IMG/VR virus record: IMGVR_UViG_3300033069_000955
Length of the DNA stretch: 64,000 bases
Origin: an uncultured virus (IMG/VR IMGVR_UViG_3300033069_000955)
Taxonomy: Duplodnaviria > Heunggongvirae > Uroviricota > Caudoviricetes
Strand: one strand, 5' to 3'
Both the position numbers and the translations under genes were made by a program. The notes under the pieces are model-generated. The model worked only from the letters and a program-made list of their open reading frames with translations, was not told the origin of the DNA and did no database searches. Below, in pieces: positions 1 through 10,161 of the stretch; the stretch's first letter is position 1; every line of letters begins with the position of its first letter.

Positions 1-4
1 CAAA

Positions 5-670
5 ATGGATGACATTTCCAGAAAGAAACTAATAGCATCTTTTGTAGATACCAGCACCCAACTAACAGAGAACTCAGGGTCTGAGTATGTATTGAAGAGT
101 CTTAATGCAGTAGCTTTACATTATCAAGGTTTAATTAGTGAGGGGATCCCTAAACAAACTACAGTAGAAGCTATGACCACCATAGCCACTAAAGCAGCTA
201 CCATAGCTACCGAGAATAGTGGAGACGACGTATTTAAGCAAGCTCTTAAAGTTCAACATGAAGGACTATTGGGAGAAGCTATTGTTGATTTAACTAAACA
301 AAGAAAGGTTATGGGAGCTTTGATTGTTGCTGGTGGAGTTGCAGCTATGCTTGCTGGAATTACTAAGCCAAAAGAGCAGTATTCTGGTGGCTATGCATCT
401 GACCAATCTCCAGGGGTTATTGGAGCAATGTCAGAAATACCTGGAGACCCAGAACCTCCAAATGTTTTTACTGGGCAGACTCAACCGTTTAAGTTGAAAA
501 TAAATGTAAAAGGATATGTTAAAGATAAAAATCAACTTGCCGTTTTAGAAAGTCGTTTTAGCAATGTAGCCAGTAAATATTCTAATGGTAGATTTTCAAA
601 ACAATCCCACACTGATAGACAAGATCCTATTAGATTGAGAGCTTACGAAGAATTGAAACAGAACGTATAA
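5..670 (+). CDS. Hypothetical virion protein, possibly the C-terminal part of a longer tape-measure-like gene
   Basis: The frame is open to the window edge. Ala-rich helical sequence with one hydrophobic segment (VMGALIVAGGVAAMLAGI), upstream of the tail hub gene. Confidence 0.4.
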   Translation: MDDISRKKLIASFVDTSTQLTENSGSEYVLKSLNAVALHYQGLISEGIPKQTTVEAMTTIATKAATIATENSGDDVFKQALKVQHEGLLGEAIVDLTKQRKVMGALIVAGGVAAMLAGITKPKEQYSGGYASDQSPGVIGAMSEIPGDPEPPNVFTGQTQPFKLKINVKGYVKDKNQLAVLESRFSNVASKYSNGRFSKQSHTDRQDPIRLRAYEELKQNV

Positions 671-1395
671 TGATTGATCTAAATAAAGCTGGGGTAGTTG
701 GTGGAATTGTTGGCTCAGCCTTACTAGCAAGTATGGCAAGTCCTTTAGGACCAAAGGTTGCTGGATTCTTTGGTTTACCTCAAGCTGATCAAGACAGTAT
801 TGATAGAAGTAGAAAAATTGCTTTGGTTGCTGGGGCCAGTTCCGTAGCCTCATCTTTTGCTTTTAAAGGTAAAACTGAACATGTCAGAATGGGGGTGTTT
901 TTCGGTGGGGGTTTAGTTGCCAACACTCTTTCTGATATTGACAAAGGAAGAGACGTTACTTCAAGCGTAGTACAAAATACTATTGCTGGGGCTGCGGGAC
1001 TTTTAGCATATGTAGGTACTAAGAGAAATCAAGGTAAATTTATTTCTCTATTACTTAATGGGAAAACTACTGGTAGATTTGTTTCTGGTATAGAGGCTAG
1101 TTACGCAAAAGTCATAGCTAAACAACCTTTGCTAGGTAAGATAATGCTAGATGAGTTGGCTCCTACCTTGGTTGCTGCTGGTGCTGTTCCCTTTGCACAT
1201 ACCTTAACTTTAAGGGCAACAATTAAGGGTTCTAAAATAGTCAAACAAGCTCAAGGACTTGTAGCTAATCAGGGAACAGACAATTCGGCAGGAGATACGG
1301 AAGGCAGAAGAGAAATGGGTGGATCTTACGCACAACAAGATCCAAACGTCACACATACGGGGGTTAATATGAGAACCCACGTAATAGAACGTTAG
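670..1395 (+). CDS. Gly/Ala-rich hydrophobic protein (possible ejection/membrane-associated virion protein)
   Basis: TAATG-coupled to the previous ORF; several GxxxG-type hydrophobic helices; tail-module context. Confidence 0.4.
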   Translation: MIDLNKAGVVGGIVGSALLASMASPLGPKVAGFFGLPQADQDSIDRSRKIALVAGASSVASSFAFKGKTEHVRMGVFFGGGLVANTLSDIDKGRDVTSSVVQNTIAGAAGLLAYVGTKRNQGKFISLLLNGKTTGRFVSGIEASYAKVIAKQPLLGKIMLDELAPTLVAAGAVPFAHTLTLRATIKGSKIVKQAQGLVANQGTDNSAGDTEGRREMGGSYAQQDPNVTHTGVNMRTHVIER

Positions 1396-1421
1396 ACAAC
1401 ACTAAATTAACGGAACACAAT

Positions 1422-4400
1422 ATGATAGGAACCAGATTTTTCTCTGCTATGAGCAACAATATTAAGGGTGTTGTTCTTGATGTAAGTAAATCCTCTTCGT
1501 CTGAGGGTTCTTATGTTGCCTTAGTACAAACTGAGAAAGACATAGTTCAGATTGTTATTAGCCGATCTCAAGCAGAATATCTGCTTAAAGCTTTAGTTCC
1601 TACTAACTTAATCAATGGGATGGATTTAGATGCTGGGAAGTTGTCTAATCAAATTAAGCAACTTTTAAAAACTAAGGCTCCTGTAGAGTTTTCAACTAAA
1701 AGTGGCTCTGGTTCCAAGTGGTATACAGTTGATTTAAACGCAACCCCTAGTAAAGTTATATTCATTACTGATAGTAGCAGTGTGAATGAGGAAGATGTTA
1801 ATTCTACTTTTGCGCCAGCTGATTGGCCAGGGAAAGCTGAGGATGAGCGTTTTGTTCCTGTTCCAACTATTAGAGTTCCAGGCTCCTCTACTACTAGAAT
1901 TGGCTATGCTGTTTTTGATTCCCCTATCCAGCACATTAGTCAACAAAGAACTAGTTATATTGAAGAACAGCCAACTATAAGAGAATCTAGTACCATTAAA
2001 CGAGGAACTGGTTTCTCCTACCAAACCTACGATTTATCTTATGTTGCTACAAATAGTACTGATATTAAAAACTCTGTACAAGAAGTAATTGAACAAATAC
2101 TTCTAGATCCTTTTGTTTATTGTGAGGGTGGGCCTTTTGGAGAACGTCCAGGGGCTGGAGATATTCCTTTCCATGAATTCGTGGTTCAAAGCATACAAAT
2201 CAGCACCATACCTGGTATGCCCTCTGCTGTAGCTGTTGATCTTAGTTTAAGTCCGTTCTTATTTAGTTGGTTTTGTCCTCAAACCCTTAATAAGCATGTT
2301 GAAGATGGGTTACAAATAACTATGGACGACGTAATTTGTTGGCCCTTAGTTAAAATGTGGACTAAGACTCGTGGTAAATCTATTTACAATAATGCTCCAT
2401 CCAGACCTCTTAATGGAAAGTTTGTATTAAGTTTACCTTCGCAAGAAGTTGTTAACAGTATTGAGAATTTAGCAGAAGACTTTAAGAGCATAGATACCTC
2501 AAAAGATTATACTACTTTTAAGAATCTTCTTGATATAGTCCAACACAATAGTAATACTCTCACCAAAGAAGATGAAATTCTAACTCCCAATATTAAAAGA
2601 GTTACATCAGCTTATATTAAAGATGGTGAAAAAGTTTTTGTTTTAAAAGTTTCTTCTAAAGAAGCTTTTGAGAAACTAGCAGCTTCCCCTGCATACATAG
2701 GTCTTGCCGATTGGTCAATATATAAATCTCACAACTTTGTTGATGACAACGGTAAGTATCTTCCAGAAAGTGGGAATTTTGATGTTACAAGAGCAGCTAG
2801 TGAAGCAACCCAAGATTTGGGTTTTGTCTCCTCGGTAGCTAGAGAAGATTGGGGTAACTATTCTTTCTTAGCCATATCTAAACTAAGTGGAGTTAGAAAT
2901 ACAGCTATCGGAAATTATTATGATAATAAGATTTCTGCTAGCGCACGTTCAATTAACAAAGCCACTGAGGATGACAAGAAAGCAGCTATCGCTGCTCCTT
3001 GGGAATATTTTGGTGTAGCCCTTTCAGTTAATGGTCAAACTGAGACTACTTTAATTCCTATGGTCTCAGCTTTACTTAAAACTGAATCTGAAAAACGAAA
3101 AACTGTTTATAATCCTGAACGACAAGCTTATTTAGATTTACTTAGCCAAGAAAGCCAACGTACAGTTCCCATTATAAGCTGTGGTTTTAGTCAAGACGAA
3201 GATATTGTCATTGAGACTGTTTCTGGCACCAGAATAAATAATGTGGTCCCCATTCAAGTTGAGGGGATATCTTTACCTATTCATCAATCTTTAGGTGGTG
3301 GAAGTAGTAAGATTACAGTTAGAGGAAAATGTTTTAGTCGTGATGCTAAGAAGAAATTAGAATTCATTAAACAAGAGTTTGATCAAAGATGTATCAAAAT
3401 GACCAACACCCCATATGGTGGGGGTGTAAACTCTAAATACGATTCTACTCCGTTTCTGCAAGTTCAAAATGAGATCTTCCAGTTATTAGGCGTAGATTTT
3501 GTAATGCCTTTAACTTTAAGCATTAATTCAGTACAAGAACAACCACACGTTTGGGATTTTGAATTTGAGTTCTTAGAATACAACCCTAAAACTCAGGCTG
3601 CTGAAAGAATTAAATTCCTTCCAACTACTTTAGATAGTCAGGGTAAGTTAATTAATTTCCAAGACCCAAGTCCCAATGAAACTGATCCTCTAGTAGCTAA
3701 GGCTGAGGAATATTTTTCCTTGCAGTATTCTCTTGCTAGTCAGGAAATTATGGCTGATAAGAGCCTTCCCACTAAAGCAGAGCTTGATTACTGGATTACT
3801 TTACTTGCGGAGGAGGCTCAAAATCGAGAAGCGAAGAAGCCAAAACTTACGGAAAGGTTACCAAGTGATTTAGAGCTTCTAGATATTTGTGAGGATTTTC
3901 TACAACATAAATATTGTAGATCAAAAATAGCTCAATTCAAACCATTACCCAAAACAGATTTAAGTACATTTGCTTTGAGTGGTAGTTGGGTGGATCCAGA
4001 TTTTTATTATTGTTATGATGTAGATACCTTATGGGGGGCGTTGATTGACAAAGCAGCTGCTAGTGAGTATGGAGAAAGGCAAAAAGACTTTACACCAGGC
4101 GAAATCAAAGATCCTAGTAAAGCTACGCTTTATAGAGAATTTGATCCTCTGTTTAATGCATACACTGTACATAAACCCGGATATATTGGTTCTGGTATTA
4201 ATGACATTGATAACGAACTTACGGATGCTGCCAACAATAGAACTTTTCCAGTAGAAAATAAAGATGCTGGTATTAGAGCTGCTAAATCTGCTTCCGAAGC
4301 TATGGATGCAACCATAGGTGCTTGGTGGAAACAAAGAACCACTCAATCAGACTCTCTTAAAGGATTTGCTGGTGACGTTCCTGAATATCTTAAAGGAGAG

Positions 4401-7400
4401 GAAAATAGTGCCTCCCTCTTAACTGTTGGAACAAATGGCAGTGAAGATTCAGCAAATGATGCTTTAACCTTAGCTCCAGAAATTAGAAATGATTTCATGA
4501 ATTTTCAGTGGAGAATTCAGAAGCTTAAAGAAGCTGCTGCGTTGGGTTGGGCTAATGGCTCCGCACATTATGATCTATATAATCGTGGTGGGTGGGGTTG
4601 GACTTTCCAGAATAACTTAGATTCTAGAGCCTTTTTGGTTCCAGTAGAATTAGGATCTAGATCTATTGCATATGGTGTCAATACTCCATTTGAGGGTGTT
4701 TTTGAACTGGAAAGAGATCTTGTTAAATTTCTTGGTTTGGATGTACCTTCGTTTGAGGTGTTGAAAACTCTCCCAGAAGATTATGTTTACTTATCTTGGT
4801 GGTTTTCTAGGAAAGAAGAGAATGCTTCCGATACCCAAGTGGGTTGGAATGGGATTTTAGATTTAGTTAGAAAGGATACTTTTAACAAAGTTAAAGGAAC
4901 TTTTGCTAATTTTGGTCCGTATCAGTCTTCTAATAAGATTTCTTTTTATCAGAAAACAGCTATAGCAGCAGCAGGTTTTCAAGCTAAAATCAATAAACCT
5001 ACTACTGATGGATTTTATGTTCCTGCTGGTAACAGTGCTACTGAAGCTATGATTGCTTCTATGAGTATGTTTGACGAGCTAGGAGCTAAGTACAAAGTAG
5101 ACCCGCATATTATAAGAGCTTTTTGTTTAAGAAGAACAGGTTTTGGGTTGGAGAATATTAGACCAGATTCTGGTGATGCTGGTTGGCTGCAACTTAATAC
5201 AGAAGTAGTTCCTTCTAGTGCAAACTTCAAGGACTGTGTGGAAGTAGTTTTTGCTACTTATGCCAAATATTTAAAGAGATTTAATAATATACCCACCCTT
5301 GCCCTAACTGCAACTCATATTGAACTAACTAGTAAAGGTAGAGAAAAACATTGGGTTAGTGCTGATTTTGATGAAAATCTTTTAGCAGCTTTTAAAACTG
5401 TTCAAGCAAGATTATCTACTTCCAGATATGGAGAAGCAGCAAAGAACGCAGTAAATACTTTCTTTGCTTCTGTTGCCACACAAATTAAAGTTATCATAGA
5501 TGATTACTGGACTGCATATATTGAGATTTCCAGAGTACTAGGTTCTCATATTCATGCTTCTACCAGTGCCCAAAGAGACTTTCTATTTAGCCCATTTAAT
5601 GCTTATATAGTTTTAGATGTAGGTATTAATGTTTCAAACGTATCAACCAGCTATTCTCCTAGTGGAGAAAGAGTTAGAATTGATGTTGGAAGAGGTGAAG
5701 TTTCTAGACTATCATTTGGAGCTAAGCTAGCTAATGATCCTAATCTAAATGCAGAAGAAGCTGCTTTGATTAGAATAAAAGTAGATTTTGGTCTTACTCC
5801 TCACACAGAAAATGCAGTTTATAGTGCTATGTTAGATGCTAGAAAGTATGGAGCTTGGGGTCGAATGGTTCAAGCTTATCCTACTTATAGTGTTATTATC
5901 ATAAATGAAGGGTTTTACTATAAAGAGGGTGGAATCAAGCTTTGGGATCAATTCTATACCAGAGGCGGAATTACTAACATCCAAATCTTTAAAACCAAAA
6001 CTGACCCAGCACACAAAGCATACATCACTTTCTCCAATATGTTTACTGCGTTGACTAGATATTCCCAGATGGAAGCATTACGTCAACACATAGCTGAGGA
6101 TATTAATAACCAACAACAAAGATCACTAGCATTTGCTGATGGGATAAAGGATTTTGCTGGGAAGCTTTGGAATAATTTAATCGCTAAAATTCCTAGTAAA
6201 GATCTTTTAAATTTATGGCAAAACAACCATTTACAACAACTCGCACTTAGTCCTGGTGCTAGAATTCAAGTCAGACTTGGATATGGCTCAGGAGCCCACA
6301 TGCTTCCTACTGTGTTTAATGGTAGAGTGGTTGAGGTGCCTGTGGACAACGGTAGTGTAACTATTGTCGCTGAGGGAGATGGTTGGGAGCTTAATAAACC
6401 ACTCACTAGTTCAGTTCAGAAAACTGTTGATGGCGGTATGGCCTATCAAAGCTCTAAAGGCATCATAGGAACAGGTACAGAGCCTTCTTATATAGTGGCA
6501 CAAACTATGGTTCCTGGTAATATGTTGCTTGCTGCTGTTTCTGCTGGAAGATTTGGGAAGACACACCCTTGCCCTCATTTTGGTGATATTTATTTTAGCA
6601 ATGGTTCTTACCATATTCCAGAACTTTACATGAATATGTATGGTTCATGTAAAGGTGCGATGGAGCAACAATTTGATTTCTCTAATCAGATTTTCAACAA
6701 AAATGCTATCTATAATTGGGATCAAAAGACTCTTATATCAGTGTCAGTAAAAGAAGCTACAACCTGGAGGACAGCTCAAGTTTGTCGTATGGCTGTTATG
6801 GATACTGTTACCAGTGTTGAACCCTTCCATACTCGTTCTACCTTGTTCTTTGGTAGATGGTGGTATCCGTTTAACTATGCCTATGATCCATCAATCTTAA
6901 AGTTTTCTGGAGAAAAGAAAGAAACTAAATCTACTCCATTTCTATATAATAGAAAACCATCACCTACAACAAAAGAAAAAGTAGAAAACGTTTACTCCAA
7001 ATTGGATCCTATTGTACAGTTTTGGTTGAAAGAAACTGGGTTTAATGATCAAATTGTAGAAGTTTTTCCAACCCCAAGCACTAGGGGAGAATCTTATAAG
7101 AGAACTTGGGTGTATGTAAAATCTATGTCTGAGGACAACAGATTTTATCATGCAGAAATTGGTTATTCATTAGGTGCAACTGAACGAGATATTACATCTA
7201 ACCCAGGCCTAGTAACTCTAAGAATACTTGCTGGAGCGGAGCTTGAAACTGCTAAACAGCTAGCAAAAAGATTTACTTTTTATAATGACCCACAAAACAA
7301 GAGCGTCATAGTAAGACCTGGTGAGGAGGTTGGTTTTGAGCAACTTAGTACCGACCTTCAAAATAAAACTGCTAGCTTAGAAATAAGTGGCAATGATCCA

Positions 7401-9473
7401 ATATTACTCAGAGACGTACAAAACTATGTAAAATATCTTAAGTACAAGAGTTATATGCAAGTATGGCCAGCTGTTACTGGATTAAACTTAATAAATAATT
7501 CTATCTCCTTGGATACATCACATCTGTACACCGATGCGATGGGCCAAAATGTTTTCAATGGTGTATTTTCTAAAGACACCTTAGCTAAAACTATTTCATT
7601 CTCAGTTGATGATGATATTCAAGACTCTGAGAGAAGGACGCTTTTGGTGGATACTGGGTTGTATGTAACTGCTGCTCAGAAGGGTTATTACGAATCATTC
7701 AGAGACTTTGTGGGTGGGTTTACTCCAGTTGTGGGAGAATCTATTAAAGGAATCCCAGATACCCCTGCTGTTGAAAATTCAGTGGTTACTGCTCTTTGTG
7801 ATAGTGTGAGAACTATGTATGGTGGACTAATCACCATACAGGGACAATCGTCTATTAAACCTAATGATCTTATTCTTCTAAACGATATGATTAATAGTTT
7901 GGAAGGTCCAGTCTTTGTTAGTTCAGTCACCCATTCTCTTGATTTTGAAAGAGGATTCTGTACCATGATTAACCCAGAATGTGTGGCTTTGCCTCATTTA
8001 AGTCCTCAAGGAAGTAAATTAATTACATCTCTCTCAGTTGGGCCTATGGGTAAATTAGGGCAGTATGTAGTGGGCAGGGGTTTGACTACTATGACTGGAG
8101 CTTATTTAAAGAACAGATTAGGCTCTCCATTTAATCGTAGAATTGCTGAACTAAATAAAACTATAGATGCAATTAAACAATCTAATATTCATTCTTTTTA
8201 TGATCACAGTGTAACCGACATAAAAGATAGATTACTGTTTTTAATTGATGAAAAGTTAAAACAAAACTCTATTGTTAGTGGACCATTTACTATCTCTCAA
8301 GAAAGGAAAAATCTCCTTAATTTAAGAAAGATTCTTTTAGATTCAAGCAACACCAATCTACCAGAGATATTAAGAAGAGCTAGAGATTTAAACTTAGAAA
8401 TTCCAGCTTTAGGATTACTTTCTGATGATGGAAAAGACATAGCAAAAGTTGTTCTAGAGTCTCAACAGTATCATGCTAAGATCTATCAAGCCCTATCTAA
8501 AGAACTTGGAGATACGGTTGACCCACAAACTATCCATACTCTTGCTGACAAAAAAGCTATTGAGTTTATTAATAAGCAAATAGATCCCATTAGAAAAAGA
8601 ATGGAGAAATCTATAAAGAATGACCTAAAACAAATTAAAAAGCTTAGAAAAGAAATAGATAAAAAGGTCGCTATTACCAAATCTTCCAGTACCACTGATA
8701 TTAATGAAATCAATAAACTGGCTGATGAGATTAGAGAACTTGATTCTAAGCTTCAAGCTAAGTTAGATGGTCTTGTTGATACTGAGTATGAAAGAGCAGA
8801 ATTAAATAAGTTCCTTCAAACTATTAAAAATGACACCTATCCTGATTATGCTAAAATAGACTCAGCAACTGTTAAAGCTGCCTCTGAAGCAGCTAAAGCA
8901 GCCGAAGATTATAAGTTACCATCTTCTTCAATTAAGTTAGTGGAGAAACTTAAAAAAATGGAAAACAAGCTAAAGCAGAGTGCTGAGCTTGCGGAGGATG
9001 CTATAGAAGCGAGAAAACTTGCTACAGCTGCTCGTGCAGCAAAGAAAATGGCTAATGCTATTGAGAAAACTGCATCTGTCGCCTCCATTCTTGGTCCTCA
9101 AGTTGTATTGAAAGTAATGTTTGAGGTTTATAGATTTACTATTGGAGGTGGCGTCATTACAGCTACTAACTTATGGCTTAGGGCAAGACAGTGTGTTACA
9201 GTGATTCCTCTGAGAACTAGAGACTCTATGGGAACCTCTATTCCATACACGGCTGGTCTTAGAGGCCATCAGGGTGCTGTGGTTGGCGATGATATTTCTT
9301 ACTTTGATAAACTGCTGGAGGGCTGGCTTGGTGGTAAAGGTGAGGGTCCATTAGTTACTGCTGCTATGGTTGTTGGTGCCGCCCTTGGTATTGATTCTCC
9401 TGAATATGGAAACACTGAAATTGATAGTGCCTATTTGAAGAAAATAGCACAACCCGAGAACTTAAATGAATAA
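1422..9473 (+). CDS. Giant multidomain tail/baseplate hub protein (2683 aa) with degenerate SLT domain and C-terminal coiled coil
   Basis: Hub-like (gp27/gpD) segments PGARIQVRLGYG..VFNGRV..AEGDGWEL and GLITIQGQSSIKPND..FVSSVTHSLD..GFCT. SLT-like segment at about 5067-5320. Upstream of lysins and gp25. Confidence 0.65.
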   Translation: MIGTRFFSAMSNNIKGVVLDVSKSSSSEGSYVALVQTEKDIVQIVISRSQAEYLLKALVPTNLINGMDLDAGKLSNQIKQLLKTKAPVEFSTKSGSGSKWYTVDLNATPSKVIFITDSSSVNEEDVNSTFAPADWPGKAEDERFVPVPTIRVPGSSTTRIGYAVFDSPIQHISQQRTSYIEEQPTIRESSTIKRGTGFSYQTYDLSYVATNSTDIKNSVQEVIEQILLDPFVYCEGGPFGERPGAGDIPFHEFVVQSIQISTIPGMPSAVAVDLSLSPFLFSWFCPQTLNKHVEDGLQITMDDVICWPLVKMWTKTRGKSIYNNAPSRPLNGKFVLSLPSQEVVNSIENLAEDFKSIDTSKDYTTFKNLLDIVQHNSNTLTKEDEILTPNIKRVTSAYIKDGEKVFVLKVSSKEAFEKLAASPAYIGLADWSIYKSHNFVDDNGKYLPESGNFDVTRAASEATQDLGFVSSVAREDWGNYSFLAISKLSGVRNTAIGNYYDNKISASARSINKATEDDKKAAIAAPWEYFGVALSVNGQTETTLIPMVSALLKTESEKRKTVYNPERQAYLDLLSQESQRTVPIISCGFSQDEDIVIETVSGTRINNVVPIQVEGISLPIHQSLGGGSSKITVRGKCFSRDAKKKLEFIKQEFDQRCIKMTNTPYGGGVNSKYDSTPFLQVQNEIFQLLGVDFVMPLTLSINSVQEQPHVWDFEFEFLEYNPKTQAAERIKFLPTTLDSQGKLINFQDPSPNETDPLVAKAEEYFSLQYSLASQEIMADKSLPTKAELDYWITLLAEEAQNREAKKPKLTERLPSDLELLDICEDFLQHKYCRSKIAQFKPLPKTDLSTFALSGSWVDPDFYYCYDVDTLWGALIDKAAASEYGERQKDFTPGEIKDPSKATLYREFDPLFNAYTVHKPGYIGSGINDIDNELTDAANNRTFPVENKDAGIRAAKSASEAMDATIGAWWKQRTTQSDSLKGFAGDVPEYLKGEENSASLLTVGTNGSEDSANDALTLAPEIRNDFMNFQWRIQKLKEAAALGWANGSAHYDLYNRGGWGWTFQNNLDSRAFLVPVELGSRSIAYGVNTPFEGVFELERDLVKFLGLDVPSFEVLKTLPEDYVYLSWWFSRKEENASDTQVGWNGILDLVRKDTFNKVKGTFANFGPYQSSNKISFYQKTAIAAAGFQAKINKPTTDGFYVPAGNSATEAMIASMSMFDELGAKYKVDPHIIRAFCLRRTGFGLENIRPDSGDAGWLQLNTEVVPSSANFKDCVEVVFATYAKYLKRFNNIPTLALTATHIELTSKGREKHWVSADFDENLLAAFKTVQARLSTSRYGEAAKNAVNTFFASVATQIKVIIDDYWTAYIEISRVLGSHIHASTSAQRDFLFSPFNAYIVLDVGINVSNVSTSYSPSGERVRIDVGRGEVSRLSFGAKLANDPNLNAEEAALIRIKVDFGLTPHTENAVYSAMLDARKYGAWGRMVQAYPTYSVIIINEGFYYKEGGIKLWDQFYTRGGITNIQIFKTKTDPAHKAYITFSNMFTALTRYSQMEALRQHIAEDINNQQQRSLAFADGIKDFAGKLWNNLIAKIPSKDLLNLWQNNHLQQLALSPGARIQVRLGYGSGAHMLPTVFNGRVVEVPVDNGSVTIVAEGDGWELNKPLTSSVQKTVDGGMAYQSSKGIIGTGTEPSYIVAQTMVPGNMLLAAVSAGRFGKTHPCPHFGDIYFSNGSYHIPELYMNMYGSCKGAMEQQFDFSNQIFNKNAIYNWDQKTLISVSVKEATTWRTAQVCRMAVMDTVTSVEPFHTRSTLFFGRWWYPFNYAYDPSILKFSGEKKETKSTPFLYNRKPSPTTKEKVENVYSKLDPIVQFWLKETGFNDQIVEVFPTPSTRGESYKRTWVYVKSMSEDNRFYHAEIGYSLGATERDITSNPGLVTLRILAGAELETAKQLAKRFTFYNDPQNKSVIVRPGEEVGFEQLSTDLQNKTASLEISGNDPILLRDVQNYVKYLKYKSYMQVWPAVTGLNLINNSISLDTSHLYTDAMGQNVFNGVFSKDTLAKTISFSVDDDIQDSERRTLLVDTGLYVTAAQKGYYESFRDFVGGFTPVVGESIKGIPDTPAVENSVVTALCDSVRTMYGGLITIQGQSSIKPNDLILLNDMINSLEGPVFVSSVTHSLDFERGFCTMINPECVALPHLSPQGSKLITSLSVGPMGKLGQYVVGRGLTTMTGAYLKNRLGSPFNRRIAELNKTIDAIKQSNIHSFYDHSVTDIKDRLLFLIDEKLKQNSIVSGPFTISQERKNLLNLRKILLDSSNTNLPEILRRARDLNLEIPALGLLSDDGKDIAKVVLESQQYHAKIYQALSKELGDTVDPQTIHTLADKKAIEFINKQIDPIRKRMEKSIKNDLKQIKKLRKEIDKKVAITKSSSTTDINEINKLADEIRELDSKLQAKLDGLVDTEYERAELNKFLQTIKNDTYPDYAKIDSATVKAASEAAKAAEDYKLPSSSIKLVEKLKKMENKLKQSAELAEDAIEARKLATAARAAKKMANAIEKTASVASILGPQVVLKVMFEVYRFTIGGGVITATNLWLRARQCVTVIPLRTRDSMGTSIPYTAGLRGHQGAVVGDDISYFDKLLEGWLGGKGEGPLVTAAMVVGAALGIDSPEYGNTEIDSAYLKKIAQPENLNE

Positions 9474-10161
9474 CAACGATCCACTTTATTCCTCAAATTT
9501 AGGCAAGGATGCTGAAAGTCTACAAGAGAGTCTCAGTAGATATGTTGAACAGCAAAGAGCTAATTTGGATTTTGGTTCTACTTTACCCTACGGTCCAACT
9601 AATGGTGGCTGGTTAGATGCGGTTGGTGGGGTTGTTGATTCTGTGTTTGGTAAAAACTCTCAGTCTACTGATAATAATGGACCAGTAAACAGAGAACCCC
9701 CACCAAAAAATATTGAAGAATTCATATCCAAAATTCAAGATGGTGCCAGGGATACACAAGGTAAATATGGGATACCCATAGCTATTACTCTAGCTCAAGC
9801 TATTTTAGAAAGTGGGGCAGCAGGTAAATTAAGTGGGCTTGCTTCTAAATACAATAATTTGTTTGGAATTAAAGGAACTGGACCAGCAGGTACAGTATCT
9901 ATGCCAACCAACGAATATTATGGAGGAAGAAAAGTTAGAGTCAATGCGAATTTTAAGGTCTACCATAATTGGTCTGAGTCTGTATTAGATCATGGTAAAT
10001 TTCTTGCTGGACCAAGGTATAGAAAACAAGGAATTGGTACTTTAAATAATCCAGATGATGTGGCTAGGGCATTAGTAAAGGCGGGATATGCGACTGATCC
10101 AGCATATGCTAATTTGCTTATTAGTATTATGAGGAAGTATAACTTGTACAAATATGGATAG
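9466..10161 (+). CDS. GH73 glucosaminidase/FlgJ-like peptidoglycan hydrolase
   Basis: AQAILESG, NNLFGIKG, T-x-EY and GYATDP-x-Y motifs. Confidence 0.92.
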   Translation: MNNNDPLYSSNLGKDAESLQESLSRYVEQQRANLDFGSTLPYGPTNGGWLDAVGGVVDSVFGKNSQSTDNNGPVNREPPPKNIEEFISKIQDGARDTQGKYGIPIAITLAQAILESGAAGKLSGLASKYNNLFGIKGTGPAGTVSMPTNEYYGGRKVRVNANFKVYHNWSESVLDHGKFLAGPRYRKQGIGTLNNPDDVARALVKAGYATDPAYANLLISIMRKYNLYKYG

